The notes beneath the pieces were generated by a model. It had not been told where the DNA came from and did not search any database. It saw nothing but the letters and a program-made list of their open reading frames with translations. A stretch of DNA of 64,000 nt from a virus. Within the stretch, counting starts at the first letter, position 1. Every line of letters begins with the position of its first letter. Positions 30,714 through 40,332 of this stretch are shown in pieces. The position numbers were made by a program, and so were the translations under genes. The DNA is taken from the IMG/VR virus record IMGVR_UViG_3300030060_005695; one strand, 5' to 3'.

Positions 30714-31084
30714 AAAAACTAATAATAATACTACTATTGTTTACTCCAGTATGGGTACTATCACAAACTCACACTTTTACAGAAAAAGAAGTAATTGAAA
30801 TGGACTCCTTATTCCAGGTTTATGAACAAACTGATAGTTTACAGAAATTAGAAATTAAGTTACTTAAAACACAACTAGTAAATTACAAAACATTACACAC
30901 CCAAGACAGTTTACATATAGCTTTTATGGGTGAGAAAACAAACCTCTTAAATCAAAGAATAGATTTATATATAGATTTAACAAAAGAATTACAACCTAAA
31001 TGGTATAATAAACCTGTAGTTCACTTCTTTTTAGGTGCTGCAACAATTGTTACTGCTTCTTGGGTCGTATCCAACGTTAAGTAG
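30710..31084 (+). CDS. Secreted coiled-coil protein with C-terminal hydrophobic segment
   Basis: Signal peptide MKKLIIILLLF...SQ; C-terminal KWYNKP + TM. Confidence 0.6.
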   Translation: MKKLIIILLLFTPVWVLSQTHTFTEKEVIEMDSLFQVYEQTDSLQKLEIKLLKTQLVNYKTLHTQDSLHIAFMGEKTNLLNQRIDLYIDLTKELQPKWYNKPVVHFFLGAATIVTASWVVSNVK

Positions 31085-31096
31085 TATTTATAGTAT

Positions 31097-31339
31097 ATGG
31101 CATTAACTAACACAGATAAAAGAGAAATCGAAAGAATCGCTCGTAAAGAGATAAAAGATTTCATGAATAAACCCCAGTTTAAAAACGAGGTACAAAAAGT
31201 TGTAGCGGATGAAATTAAAAAAGGGAGAAATACTAGGGCAGAAATCGTAGATATAGTTAGTAAGGTAATGTTAGAATTATATAAAACATTCTGGTTTAGA
31301 CGTAGTATGTGGCAATCAGAAATTAAAAGAGTAAAATAA
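31097..31339 (+). CDS. Hypothetical protein
   Basis: 80 aa ORF after a TATTTAT motif. Confidence 0.6.
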   Translation: MALTNTDKREIERIARKEIKDFMNKPQFKNEVQKVVADEIKKGRNTRAEIVDIVSKVMLELYKTFWFRRSMWQSEIKRVK

Positions 31340-32007
31340 TGGGGATAAAAAATAACTTTGAAAAAGCATTAAAAAAAGCAATAAGTAAAGACCCTATGGG
31401 TTATAAAGCTATTTTAGATGAAGACCATGATTGTGAAAAGATTCATCCAGAAATGACTCATGAGGAATGGAGTAAAACCAAAGAAAAAGAAATGGATGAA
31501 GCGACTACCGCAGCAAGTGCTGGAGCTTTTGTGGCACCTATGGGATTTGACCCTAGATTTGCTGGGGAGAAAAAGAAAAAAAAGAAGAAACAAGAAGAAT
31601 TTGATGAAGCAACTACAGCTGCAAGTTCTGGTGCATATGTCACACCACAAATGTGGGCAAAAGATGAAAAAAACTGGAGAGGAAAAGCAAAAACACAATG
31701 GCCAGGAGGAAAATTTGTAAAAGTAAAGAAAAAATGTAGTACTTTCCCTTATTGTAATCAGGGTGATATTAACGCTTTAGAATTAACAGATAATAAAATG
31801 GTTAAAGCTGCGATAACTGAAGTAGCAAAAAAAACAGGTAAAGATAAAACTTACATAAAAGAACTAGTTAAGAAAGAAATAGAAGAGATTATAAGAAGAA
31901 GTATCTATAAATCTCCTATAACTAGTTTAGTTGGGACAGGTAAAATGAACACACCAATAGGACAAATATATACTATGGGGTCAAATGTTGGTGGAAAATA
32001 CGAATAA
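31339..32007 (+). CDS. Probable head-associated protein with duplicated EATTAASxGA motif
   Basis: Two DEATTAAS(A/S)GA(F/Y)VxP repeats; CSTFPYC motif. Confidence 0.55.
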   Translation: MGIKNNFEKALKKAISKDPMGYKAILDEDHDCEKIHPEMTHEEWSKTKEKEMDEATTAASAGAFVAPMGFDPRFAGEKKKKKKKQEEFDEATTAASSGAYVTPQMWAKDEKNWRGKAKTQWPGGKFVKVKKKCSTFPYCNQGDINALELTDNKMVKAAITEVAKKTGKDKTYIKELVKKEIEEIIRRSIYKSPITSLVGTGKMNTPIGQIYTMGSNVGGKYE

Positions 32008-32033
32008 ATAGATATTTATAATAAAAAGAAATT

Positions 32034-32984
32034 ATGTCAATATTAGCACAAAGTCCGGATTTAGATAAAATAATCAGTAAAGCAGTTAAAAGAATTGGTG
32101 AAAACCATACATTAGCTAGAGATAATAAAGGGGTAGAAATGAAAGCTATGGAAATAGAAGAAGATAGAAAAAACTTCAGAAAAGGAAGAACTAATGAAGT
32201 AGGGAATGAAACAATGGAATCTGTTATTGAGGAATCTTTAAAAGCAGTTGCTGATGAGATGGCAGAAAAAATGGTGTTGGAAAATACTATTGATGGTATG
32301 ATTAAAGACGTTATCAAACCAACAGAAGAAGTGATAGACACTAAAAAAGAAGTAAATGAAACAACTACAGACACAATTAAAAAACTAGTAAGTAAAAAAT
32401 TAAAAAATAAATTAGAAGAAGCTAAGAATGTAAAAAGACATCCAGGTTACGACACTTATGAAAAGGCTGTTAAAAAATCTAAAAAAGAAAATGACGCAGC
32501 GATGAAAGAAACAGACAAAAAATTCAAAGAGTACGAAACTTTTGAAGGTAATGAAAGTCCAGCTTTCCCACATCAAGAAATGTCAAAAACTAACGCTGAC
32601 GGACAATACCAATATTATAGAAATAATGATGAAGACCAAGAATTTATTGATGATTTTGCGTACCCAGGATTAATAGATTTTGATGTAAATAATCAAAACA
32701 TGGAAAGACTAACTAAATATTTAGAGGGCTCTAGTGAAACAGGAAACGCACAAACTGATGATGAGGGTGTAGCTCTAGGTAATGTAGTACCAAGTGACTT
32801 AGGTGAAAAAATGTTAAAATCTAAAAAAAGAAGAGCGGAGAAAATAGCAGATGAAAAAGCTTCTATGACTAATTTACGAGGTTATACACCAGATGTACAA
32901 AAAGTAAAACAAGTAAAAGAAGGTGTTAACAAAGATATGGATACAATGAAAAAATTGTGGTCTTACAACAAAAAAACACAATAA
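32034..32984 (+). CDS. Charged hypothetical protein (possible head/scaffold-associated)
   Basis: 316 aa, E/K-rich, many [LIV]xE sites, TATTTAT upstream. Confidence 0.55.
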   Translation: MSILAQSPDLDKIISKAVKRIGENHTLARDNKGVEMKAMEIEEDRKNFRKGRTNEVGNETMESVIEESLKAVADEMAEKMVLENTIDGMIKDVIKPTEEVIDTKKEVNETTTDTIKKLVSKKLKNKLEEAKNVKRHPGYDTYEKAVKKSKKENDAAMKETDKKFKEYETFEGNESPAFPHQEMSKTNADGQYQYYRNNDEDQEFIDDFAYPGLIDFDVNNQNMERLTKYLEGSSETGNAQTDDEGVALGNVVPSDLGEKMLKSKKRRAEKIADEKASMTNLRGYTPDVQKVKQVKEGVNKDMDTMKKLWSYNKKTQ

Positions 32985-33025
32985 CACTATTTCCTCTAGT
33001 AATCTCAGTACCTATCTTTAAAACT

Positions 33026-33505
33026 ATGGAAGATATGGAAAGAAGACGATTATTGCCAGAACAATTTTTTAAATACGTGACTCAACCGTTAAGCCGCGAA
33101 GATATGAATTTATGGGTTAAGGCACATAATATTAATGTCTCTAAAGTAAGTTTATTTGGTGATTATTTAAATTCATTATACAATCTGGTAGAAGATACCT
33201 ACTTAGGTATTGATGTTATAAAAACTGATAAGGAAATCACAGGACACTTCAACTGGTGCTGGGAAAAAACTATAAATAACTTTAAAAAAGAGAATATAAT
33301 ATTTAACACTGAAGGTACACACTACGACTATTTTTTTCATTTTTTTTACGAATCTTTCTATAATAAGAAAAATGATGAACACCTAGAAAAATTAAGATAT
33401 TTTTTAACTATACTTTTTATATTACATACATCTAAAACCAAGTCTGAACTGGATATGTTATATGAGGTATATGTATTATTAAATGAAAGCTTGACAGTTA
33501 AATAA
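33026..33505 (+). CDS. Hypothetical protein
   Basis: ORF 32957..33505; the ATG at 33026 avoids the overlap. Confidence 0.6.
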   Translation: MEDMERRRLLPEQFFKYVTQPLSREDMNLWVKAHNINVSKVSLFGDYLNSLYNLVEDTYLGIDVIKTDKEITGHFNWCWEKTINNFKKENIIFNTEGTHYDYFFHFFYESFYNKKNDEHLEKLRYFLTILFILHTSKTKSELDMLYEVYVLLNESLTVK

Positions 33506-33525
33506 TAATTGACTAAAATTAAAAT

Positions 33526-33738
33526 ATGAGAATAATTAATATCATAAATAATGAATTAATAGTACAAAAACAAAAGTTAGAATCTGAATTAGAAAGGATT
33601 CTTAATGTACAAGATATGAGCATCGAAGATAAACTAGAAAAATCATTAGACCTCATAAATAAATTAACAATGGTAAACCAAAGTTTTGTAACTTGGGAAT
33701 CATACCAACAAAATGAAAAAGAAAATAAAGAAGAATAA
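33526..33738 (+). CDS. Hypothetical coiled-coil protein
   Basis: 70 aa ORF in operon. Confidence 0.55.
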   Translation: MRIINIINNELIVQKQKLESELERILNVQDMSIEDKLEKSLDLINKLTMVNQSFVTWESYQQNEKENKEE

Positions 33739-33739
33739 T

Positions 33740-33913
33740 ATGGAAACATTAACACAATTAGAAACACTAGTAACATCTATTAAAGTAGACGCTGAAAAAT
33801 TTTTTGATAAAAAAAATAAAAGTGCAGGTATTAGAGCTAGAAAATCAGCACAAGAACTAAAATCAGTATTACAAACTCTAAGAAAAGAAATTCTAGAAGA
33901 AAGTAAAAAATAA
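33740..33913 (+). CDS. Histone H1-like (Hc1 family) protein
   Basis: DAEKFFDKKNKSAGIRARKSAQELK...LRKE matches the Bacteroidota/Chlamydia Hc1-type motif. Confidence 0.8.
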   Translation: METLTQLETLVTSIKVDAEKFFDKKNKSAGIRARKSAQELKSVLQTLRKEILEESKK

Positions 33914-34093
33914 ATGGAACATTGGATATTCACATTTCTTTTTATATTTTCCTTATTAGTTATAGTGAGGAATATTATTATGTTAATAAGAAAACTATAT
34001 GCGGATGAACCAACAACTTATAATTTACCATACCAGGAAGCTTTATTACTGGGGGTAAGTGTAGCTTACACTATAACATATATAATAAATTAA
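33914..34093 (+). CDS. Small two-TM membrane protein (not in ORF track)
   Basis: MEHWIFTFLFIFSLLVIVRN...LLLGVSVAYTITYIIN, 59 aa, abuts both neighbours. Confidence 0.65.
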   Translation: MEHWIFTFLFIFSLLVIVRNIIMLIRKLYADEPTTYNLPYQEALLLGVSVAYTITYIIN

Positions 34094-34549
34094 ATGACAC
34101 TATACAAACAAATATCAATTTTTGGGGATACTTTTAATAGTATTAGAATGCATGAAAATTTTGTTGTTGTAGATTTAAAAATACCTATAGGTTGGGAAGA
34201 CCAGAAGATTATAACTAGTAGAGGTAGTAAAATACAAATTAAACCGGGGAATAGTAATGAAACACATAAACTAGTTTCTTTTTTTAGTGTGTTTACGGAA
34301 GAAGACTGTAATATTTTAATAGAGGAAATAAAAGCTGTTATTAAATGGAATACAGATGTGGAGGAAAAAAATAATCTTTTAGAGTTGAAAATGTTAGAAT
34401 TAAAAAAAGTATTTGCAGAAAATCCAGTAGATTCTTTAAGAAAATTAAACTTTGATTTTAATAAAATTAATTTAAATGGAGAAGAACAAAATAGAGGAAT
34501 GGTTCCGTCGGGAAGTCTCGAAGGACCAGAAGGAAATCCTACAACATAA
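34094..34549 (+). CDS. Hypothetical protein
   Basis: 151 aa ORF in operon. Confidence 0.6.
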   Translation: MTLYKQISIFGDTFNSIRMHENFVVVDLKIPIGWEDQKIITSRGSKIQIKPGNSNETHKLVSFFSVFTEEDCNILIEEIKAVIKWNTDVEEKNNLLELKMLELKKVFAENPVDSLRKLNFDFNKINLNGEEQNRGMVPSGSLEGPEGNPTT

Positions 34550-34685
34550 GAAAAAAATAATAGAGGAAATAAAAAAAACTAGTGTCCAGGAAGTGGTAAA
34601 TAGATACACCCAAACCAAAGAAAACTTAGAAAATAAAGAAAATAAAGGGATATGGAACAAAATCAAAAACAGTCTAAAATTCTAG
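34476..34685 (+). CDS. Hypothetical protein
   Basis: 69 aa; overlaps both neighbours. Confidence 0.5.
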   Translation: MEKNKIEEWFRREVSKDQKEILQHKKKIIEEIKKTSVQEVVNRYTQTKENLENKENKGIWNKIKNSLKF

Positions 34686-34885
34686 AAGACTGTGCAACAA
34701 TTGCTGAAAATTTAAAGTTAAATCCCTACGTCAATACCACACAAATTAAATTACACATAAAAGGCAGTCAATTTTTAGAAATATTATCAGAAATAGAAGA
34801 CTACGTTAGAATAAAAGTAGATAGAAATCAAAATAAACTATCAATAGATATTAATGACGTAGAATTTATTTTTATTAAAGATTAA
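34652..34885 (+). CDS. Hypothetical protein
   Basis: 77 aa ORF. Confidence 0.55.
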   Translation: MEQNQKQSKILEDCATIAENLKLNPYVNTTQIKLHIKGSQFLEILSEIEDYVRIKVDRNQNKLSIDINDVEFIFIKD

Positions 34886-35517
34886 TAAGTATATTGTTTT
34901 CTTAAAAATTCTCGTTTATAACCAACAGATTCTAGTAAATTATATAACTGTTTTCTTTGAACAGTACTGTTATCAGTTACAAATAAACAATCATACCGAC
35001 CATCATTTAAAAACTCTAACTCTATTACAGTTAATAATCTAAGAGCGTCTGAAACTGTTTTTAAACTAAAAACATTGAAGTTACTATCTTTTTGAATTAT
35101 AACTTTATTATTTAGGGTAAAAACTTGTTTAAATTCTTTATCCTCTAAATAATTTTTCATTAAAGTGACAAAATTAATTTTAGTTTGGGAGGTGTGGTCA
35201 TATATCTTTTCCTCTTTCCAGTAAGGTAACATTTTTATAAATCTATAATCAGAATCACCTAGAGTAATCTCTCTTGTCCTACCAACAGAATCTTTAACAT
35301 ATAAACTATCAGTTGTGGACTCTTTGGTTACAACGGCAAGTTCAAACATAACTTTTTTACGTGAAATATATTCCATTACGAATTTAGGCTTTTTTTCTTC
35401 AATAAATTTAGTATATTTCTTTAAGATACTTTTTTTACTGTTGGAAGAAAATAAAACTTTATTTCTTTCACCATTTTTAAATAAAACAATTTTATATTTA
35501 TTTCTATCGTAAACCAT
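34882..35517 (-). CDS. Hypothetical protein
   Basis: 211 aa; head-to-head with dnaJ with no intergenic space. Confidence 0.65.
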   Translation of the reverse strand: MVYDRNKYKIVLFKNGERNKVLFSSNSKKSILKKYTKFIEEKKPKFVMEYISRKKVMFELAVVTKESTTDSLYVKDSVGRTREITLGDSDYRFIKMLPYWKEEKIYDHTSQTKINFVTLMKNYLEDKEFKQVFTLNNKVIIQKDSNFNVFSLKTVSDALRLLTVIELEFLNDGRYDCLFVTDNSTVQRKQLYNLLESVGYKREFLRKQYTY

Positions 35518-36519
35518 ATGAATAAAGATTATTACAAAACTCTAAATATCAATAGAAATGCCACTCAAGATGAGATAAAAAAGGCATTTAGGAAATTATC
35601 CAAAACTCATCACCCAGATAAAGGTGGTGATGAAAATACATTTAAAGAACTATCCGAAGCTTACGATACTTTAGGTGATGGTGGTAAACGTGCGGAGTAT
35701 GATAATAAATTAAATAACCCATTTCATGGTAGACAGGGAGGAGGTCCAAACATGGACGACATATTCAATCAATTTTTTGGTGGGAGACAACAACAAAGAC
35801 AACAAAAAAAGGGTAGAAGTTTAAATATACCGTTAACTGTCACCTTAGAAGATGTATTTTTTGGTGAAATTAAAAAATTAAGATATAATAGACAGGTAAA
35901 TTGTACAACTTGTAGAGGTAGTGGTGGTAACTCACACCCGTGTAATATGTGTAAGGGAAGGGGGTTTGTAGAAAAAGCCGTAGGTAATGCTTTTTTTAGG
36001 CAAATCCAAAGGGAACAATGCCCCCAATGTAATGGGTCTGGTAAAATAGTAGTTGAAGCTTGTGGGGGTTGTGGTGGTATAGGCCAAACTAAACAACCCC
36101 AAACTGTAGACTTTAGAATCCCTGTGGACTTAATGACAGGTCAAGTGTTTACCATTAGAAATCATGGGGATGAAATTGATGGTGGTATTCCAGGTGATTT
36201 AAATATACAAGTAGTAATTGCAAGACATCCCCACTTTAAAGTTTTAGACAGAGACTTGGTGTATGATGTAGAAATACCAATAATAGACATGTTATTGGGC
36301 ACAGATTTAGAAATACCACATTTTAGTGGGCCTCTAAAAGCAAAAATACCACCACTTAGTAAAGTTACCGAAAGTTTTAATGTAAGGGGGAAAGGAATGA
36401 ATTCTCAGAGAGGTAAGGGAGACTTAATAATTAAACCACAAGTTAAAATACCTAATTCATTAACAAAAGAGGAAGAAGAGTTACTAATGAATTTAAAAAC
36501 AAAAGAAAATTTTAGTTAG
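35518..36519 (+). CDS. dnaJ: DnaJ chaperone
   Basis: J domain with HPD, G/F region, four CxxCxGxG repeats, C-terminal PGDL/GDL. Confidence 0.95.
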   Translation: MNKDYYKTLNINRNATQDEIKKAFRKLSKTHHPDKGGDENTFKELSEAYDTLGDGGKRAEYDNKLNNPFHGRQGGGPNMDDIFNQFFGGRQQQRQQKKGRSLNIPLTVTLEDVFFGEIKKLRYNRQVNCTTCRGSGGNSHPCNMCKGRGFVEKAVGNAFFRQIQREQCPQCNGSGKIVVEACGGCGGIGQTKQPQTVDFRIPVDLMTGQVFTIRNHGDEIDGGIPGDLNIQVVIARHPHFKVLDRDLVYDVEIPIIDMLLGTDLEIPHFSGPLKAKIPPLSKVTESFNVRGKGMNSQRGKGDLIIKPQVKIPNSLTKEEEELLMNLKTKENFS

Positions 36520-36752
36520 AAGAATGAAACTATAAATCTAATTATAGTGAAGTAACCAATTATCAAAGGAATCCAAGCAAATAGAATTATAACCAAACGT
36601 TCCCACATCCTAAGTTTACCCATTGAAGAGTCCCAAGTCTTCTCTAAGATTTGTTTTTTTCTAGCTTCGGTGTCAAAATTAACATTTGCACCCATCTTAT
36701 TTAACTGTTTTAAATATTTAGAAGTTTTTTCTTTACAATTTTTACAAGCCAT
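36516..36752 (-). CDS. Small membrane protein with N-terminal CxxC
   Basis: MACKNCKEK... plus C-terminal TM; start chosen at the ATG at 36752. Confidence 0.5.
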   Translation of the reverse strand: MACKNCKEKTSKYLKQLNKMGANVNFDTEARKKQILEKTWDSSMGKLRMWERLVIILFAWIPLIIGYFTIIRFIVSFF

Positions 36753-36835
36753 TTGTTTTTCTTTAAACATAAATATTAAGATTTGACAAGTAAATAAAAC
36801 TTGAAAACACCAACAAAATATCTTATTATTAAACC

Positions 36836-38011
36836 ATGGGAGAACAAACAACAATATTTGATATTATAGAAAATGAAGAGATTTTTGACTTTGAAGGTCA
36901 AAAACAAAACTTAATAGACAATCTTGATATGCTTAAAGAAATGTCTGTAGAAGAACAAACACTTTATAAAAAGTGGCAAGAAATGAATAAGGGTGGTAAA
37001 ATGTCTAAGGTAAAGAAAAAGTTAGCCACATACCAAAACAATTTATGGGCACCAACTGACATTACTAATCTAGAAAAAACCATTAAAGAAATAGAGTCAC
37101 TAGAACCTTATGTGGAAATGGCAACACCAGGAAAGGGTGTTACTGAGTGGGTAAACTATCGTAAACTTATCCATACAATGGAATGGGTTGCAAATCCAGG
37201 ACGAAACATGAAATTCTGGGTTAGAGATAGAAAAACTAATAAAGTCCTTGGTTTGATATGTTTAGGGTCTGATGTTACTAGTATTAAAGTTAGAGATGCC
37301 TACATAGGTTGGGATAAAACAAACAAATTCGACCAACATAAATTAAATAATACCGCTATAGCAACAACTATATGCTCCACCCAACCAGGTGGTTATAATA
37401 TGTTAATGGGTAAGTTAGTCGCAGCATTAACTACTTGTAAAGTTATTAGAGATGCTTGGGAAGAAAAATATGGTGATAAACTAATCGCTGTGGGAACAAC
37501 CTCTTTATATGGAATTAACTCAATGTATAATGGAATGCCACATTTTAAAACAATGGGTGAAACATCTGGTAAGGTGAGATTAAAACCAGATGATAGTGCT
37601 TACCTACCTTGGAACAAATGGTTGAAAGATAACCATCCAGAAGAACATAAGAAAGCTATAAGTGCTACAGGACCTAAACAGAACATTCTTAACAAGGTTT
37701 TTAAACATTGTGGTATAAAGGGTTCAGATTATGACCACGGATTCAAGAGAGGGGTCTATCTTGCAATGATGTATGATAATGGTTCTGAGTTTTTAAGGGG
37801 AGAGATAGAAGAGAAAGACCTAAAAATGAAGAAAAAATTCCAAGACGACATTCCATATACAGATAAGTGGTGGAAAAAGAAAGCAATTAGGAGATATAAA
37901 AATATGCACGAACAAGATAGAATTAAACCAGAACAATTATTTTATTGGGATGTTATTGATTTATCATGGGAAGACACAAAAGAAAAATATATAAAAGAAG
38001 TAGGGAGATAA
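36836..38011 (+). CDS. DUF4338 / Druantia DruA-like protein
   Basis: PGRNMKFWVRD...LGLICLGS...RDAYIGW, QPGGYNMLMGKLVA, TTSLYG..SMYN, GETSG. Confidence 0.75.
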   Translation: MGEQTTIFDIIENEEIFDFEGQKQNLIDNLDMLKEMSVEEQTLYKKWQEMNKGGKMSKVKKKLATYQNNLWAPTDITNLEKTIKEIESLEPYVEMATPGKGVTEWVNYRKLIHTMEWVANPGRNMKFWVRDRKTNKVLGLICLGSDVTSIKVRDAYIGWDKTNKFDQHKLNNTAIATTICSTQPGGYNMLMGKLVAALTTCKVIRDAWEEKYGDKLIAVGTTSLYGINSMYNGMPHFKTMGETSGKVRLKPDDSAYLPWNKWLKDNHPEEHKKAISATGPKQNILNKVFKHCGIKGSDYDHGFKRGVYLAMMYDNGSEFLRGEIEEKDLKMKKKFQDDIPYTDKWWKKKAIRRYKNMHEQDRIKPEQLFYWDVIDLSWEDTKEKYIKEVGR

Positions 38012-38012
38012 G

Positions 38013-38207
38013 ATGAACGACACAACATTATTAATAGCATTATTTATTTTAGAAGTAGTAGCCTTCGGATGGTTAATTTGGGAGGCAAAGGTAGGAAGAG
38101 AAAAAAGAGAACAAATAATCCAACTAGAGAATCAAATACTAAAACTAGAAAGAGTTATAATAGCAATGGAAAAAACAATAATTAAAAAAATAGATAAAAA
38201 GAAATAA
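38013..38207 (+). CDS. Small TM + coiled-coil protein
   Basis: N-terminal hydrophobic helix. Confidence 0.55.
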   Translation: MNDTTLLIALFILEVVAFGWLIWEAKVGREKREQIIQLENQILKLERVIIAMEKTIIKKIDKKK

Positions 38208-38208
38208 A

Positions 38209-38769
38209 ATGGAAGAAATATTAATTTACACACAACATTACGCAAATAGTATAACCGAAGTTTATTTAACAGAAGATAAAAAAACAGTAATCCAAAAAAA
38301 ATGTCTATATTCTTCATGTGGTGAATATAGATATGATATAGATGAATACTTGGAGAAAAAAATGGTAGGGTATAGACAAATTAGAAAACAAGTTAATAAA
38401 GTTAATTATATTATAGATATTGACGGGACTATTTGTGATGACATTCCAAATGAACAATTTGAAAGAATGTCTACAGCAAAACCATACCATAATTCGATAG
38501 AAACAATTAATAAATGGTATGAAGAAGGTAATATAATCACATTTTTTACATCGAGAAAAGAAGAACATAGAGAAATTACTGAACAATGGTTAAGAGACAA
38601 TGAAGTAAGATGGCATTATATAATTTTTGGTAAACCAAGAATCCACGAAGACGTTACAGAGTATCATTACATAGACAACCATAAAGTTAGAGCTACTAGG
38701 TATAAAAAAGATAGTGTGTGGGGCGATTTAGTAAGTACAACAAAAGAAATAAAAGTTTTTCCAAAATAA
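38209..38769 (+). CDS. HAD-superfamily phosphatase with N-terminal extension
   Basis: IDIDGTI, FFTSR, TEQWL, FGKP, YIDN. Confidence 0.85.
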   Translation: MEEILIYTQHYANSITEVYLTEDKKTVIQKKCLYSSCGEYRYDIDEYLEKKMVGYRQIRKQVNKVNYIIDIDGTICDDIPNEQFERMSTAKPYHNSIETINKWYEEGNIITFFTSRKEEHREITEQWLRDNEVRWHYIIFGKPRIHEDVTEYHYIDNHKVRATRYKKDSVWGDLVSTTKEIKVFPK

Positions 38770-38805
38770 TACACTAAAATAATAAAAAAGTCGTATATTT
38801 GTAGT

Positions 38806-39054
38806 ATGAAAGAAAGAAACGCATCAAACTGGGATACAATGGATTTTCAAGACTGGGTAGAAAGAAATATACACCTTCTTTTATCCGGTAAACAATTAGA
38901 ATTATTTATGAAAAATAATTTTGGGTATGATGACCTAAAACTTTTTGGTAAAATAAAAGAAGCTGAAAATCTAAAAAGTGTGTACCAATCTAGTATGTTT
39001 GATAAGACAATTACTTATAGTGGTAATTTACAATGGATGAGTATTAATTTTTAA
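38806..39054 (+). CDS. Hypothetical protein
   Basis: 82 aa; TATATTTG at 38794-38801 upstream. Confidence 0.55.
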   Translation: MKERNASNWDTMDFQDWVERNIHLLLSGKQLELFMKNNFGYDDLKLFGKIKEAENLKSVYQSSMFDKTITYSGNLQWMSINF

Positions 39055-39067
39055 AAAATAAAATAAA

Positions 39068-39352
39068 ATGGGTGGAAGTACAACAATGGAAAAAAGAGGT
39101 CACCACATCTGTAAGATGGTGAACTATGAGGTTAGACAAAAAATTACAAGAGAAACCTCGAAGAGAATAGGGGGTAAAATAGTAAAAACTCCAGGTAATG
39201 TAGAAGTTATGATTTACAAGACTAAAAGTAAGATAGAGGGGGGGATGAAAGATATAAAGGTCGCTGCACAAAAAATCTATGATATACTTAAAAAAGAGGG
39301 TAAAACAACAAACATAGACAAAAGAATAGTTAAAAAATACAACTTGGTTTAG
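39068..39352 (+). CDS. Hypothetical basic protein
   Basis: 94 aa ORF. Confidence 0.55.
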   Translation: MGGSTTMEKRGHHICKMVNYEVRQKITRETSKRIGGKIVKTPGNVEVMIYKTKSKIEGGMKDIKVAAQKIYDILKKEGKTTNIDKRIVKKYNLV

Positions 39353-39357
39353 TATTT

Positions 39358-39687
39358 ATGTATATGGAAGTTGATATACAAATCTATTTACAAAAACTTA
39401 AAGAGTTCTTTAAAACTGATAAAGAAGCATTTAGAGATATGTTTGGTTATGGTAAAATAGATATTGATGAGTTTTACAAAATGGTCGCTAAAAAAGCGAC
39501 CATTAACTTTAAAAAGAATGGTGACCCTATGTTAAGTTCTACAGAAATGTTAGAAATAGTTACTGATTTAGCAATACAAGATATAACCCAAGAAATAAAT
39601 GTGGGTGAATTTGTAAAACGTCAACAAGAAATAGAAAAATTATTCGTAAATATTAAAGACGGTTTCCCACCTTTTTGTCTTAATTAA
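39358..39687 (+). CDS. Hypothetical protein
   Basis: 109 aa ORF (start may be 39364). Confidence 0.6.
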   Translation: MYMEVDIQIYLQKLKEFFKTDKEAFRDMFGYGKIDIDEFYKMVAKKATINFKKNGDPMLSSTEMLEIVTDLAIQDITQEINVGEFVKRQQEIEKLFVNIKDGFPPFCLN

Positions 39688-39737
39688 AATCACCCAGTAC
39701 ATATTGACTATATTTTTAACTTTGTTTAAATTTTACT

Positions 39738-40076
39738 ATGTCTAAAGATATTACAAATACTGAAAGAATAGCGAACGAATTACTATTAGAAAAATATAGA
39801 CCACTAATGGTGGTAAAACTATCCAAACCAACTACACTAAGAATAGGAGATTTAGAAAAATTTGCTTTAGATTTAAGTGATAAGAGTGGTTATGAGGTAT
39901 TACTTTTTCCCGACGAAGAAGACACCGATATTAAAATAGTAAGTGTTTGTGACAGCGAGTTTAAAGATATTGAAGAACTTAAAAATTACATCTATAAAAG
40001 ATATGAAACTACATTATTAAGTAATTCTCAATACACAAAAGTAAAAGATTATATAAAAAAAGATAAAAATGAGTAA
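39738..40076 (+). CDS. Hypothetical protein
   Basis: 112 aa ORF. Confidence 0.6.
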   Translation: MSKDITNTERIANELLLEKYRPLMVVKLSKPTTLRIGDLEKFALDLSDKSGYEVLLFPDEEDTDIKIVSVCDSEFKDIEELKNYIYKRYETTLLSNSQYTKVKDYIKKDKNE

Positions 40077-40329
40077 GTACCCTACAAACGAAGAAATAAT
40101 AGAATTTAATCGTAAACAATCAGAAAAGGTAAATCACCCAAATCACTACGGTGGGAAAGATAACCCATATGAAGCTATTAAAGTTATTGAAGCGTGGGAC
40201 TTAGGATTTAACTTAGGTAACACAGTAAAATATATTTCTAGGGCAGGTAAAAAAATTAATACATTGGAAGACTTGGAAAAAGCAAGTTGGTATATAAACA
40301 GAGAAATTAATAAATTAAAAAAAAATTAA
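40069..40329 (+). CDS. DUF3310 family (T7 gp1.7-like nucleotide kinase domain)
   Basis: VNHPNHY...EAI..I...GFNLGNTVKYISRAGKK...EDLEKASWY. Confidence 0.9.
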   Translation: MSKYPTNEEIIEFNRKQSEKVNHPNHYGGKDNPYEAIKVIEAWDLGFNLGNTVKYISRAGKKINTLEDLEKASWYINREINKLKKN

Positions 40330-40332
40330 AAA

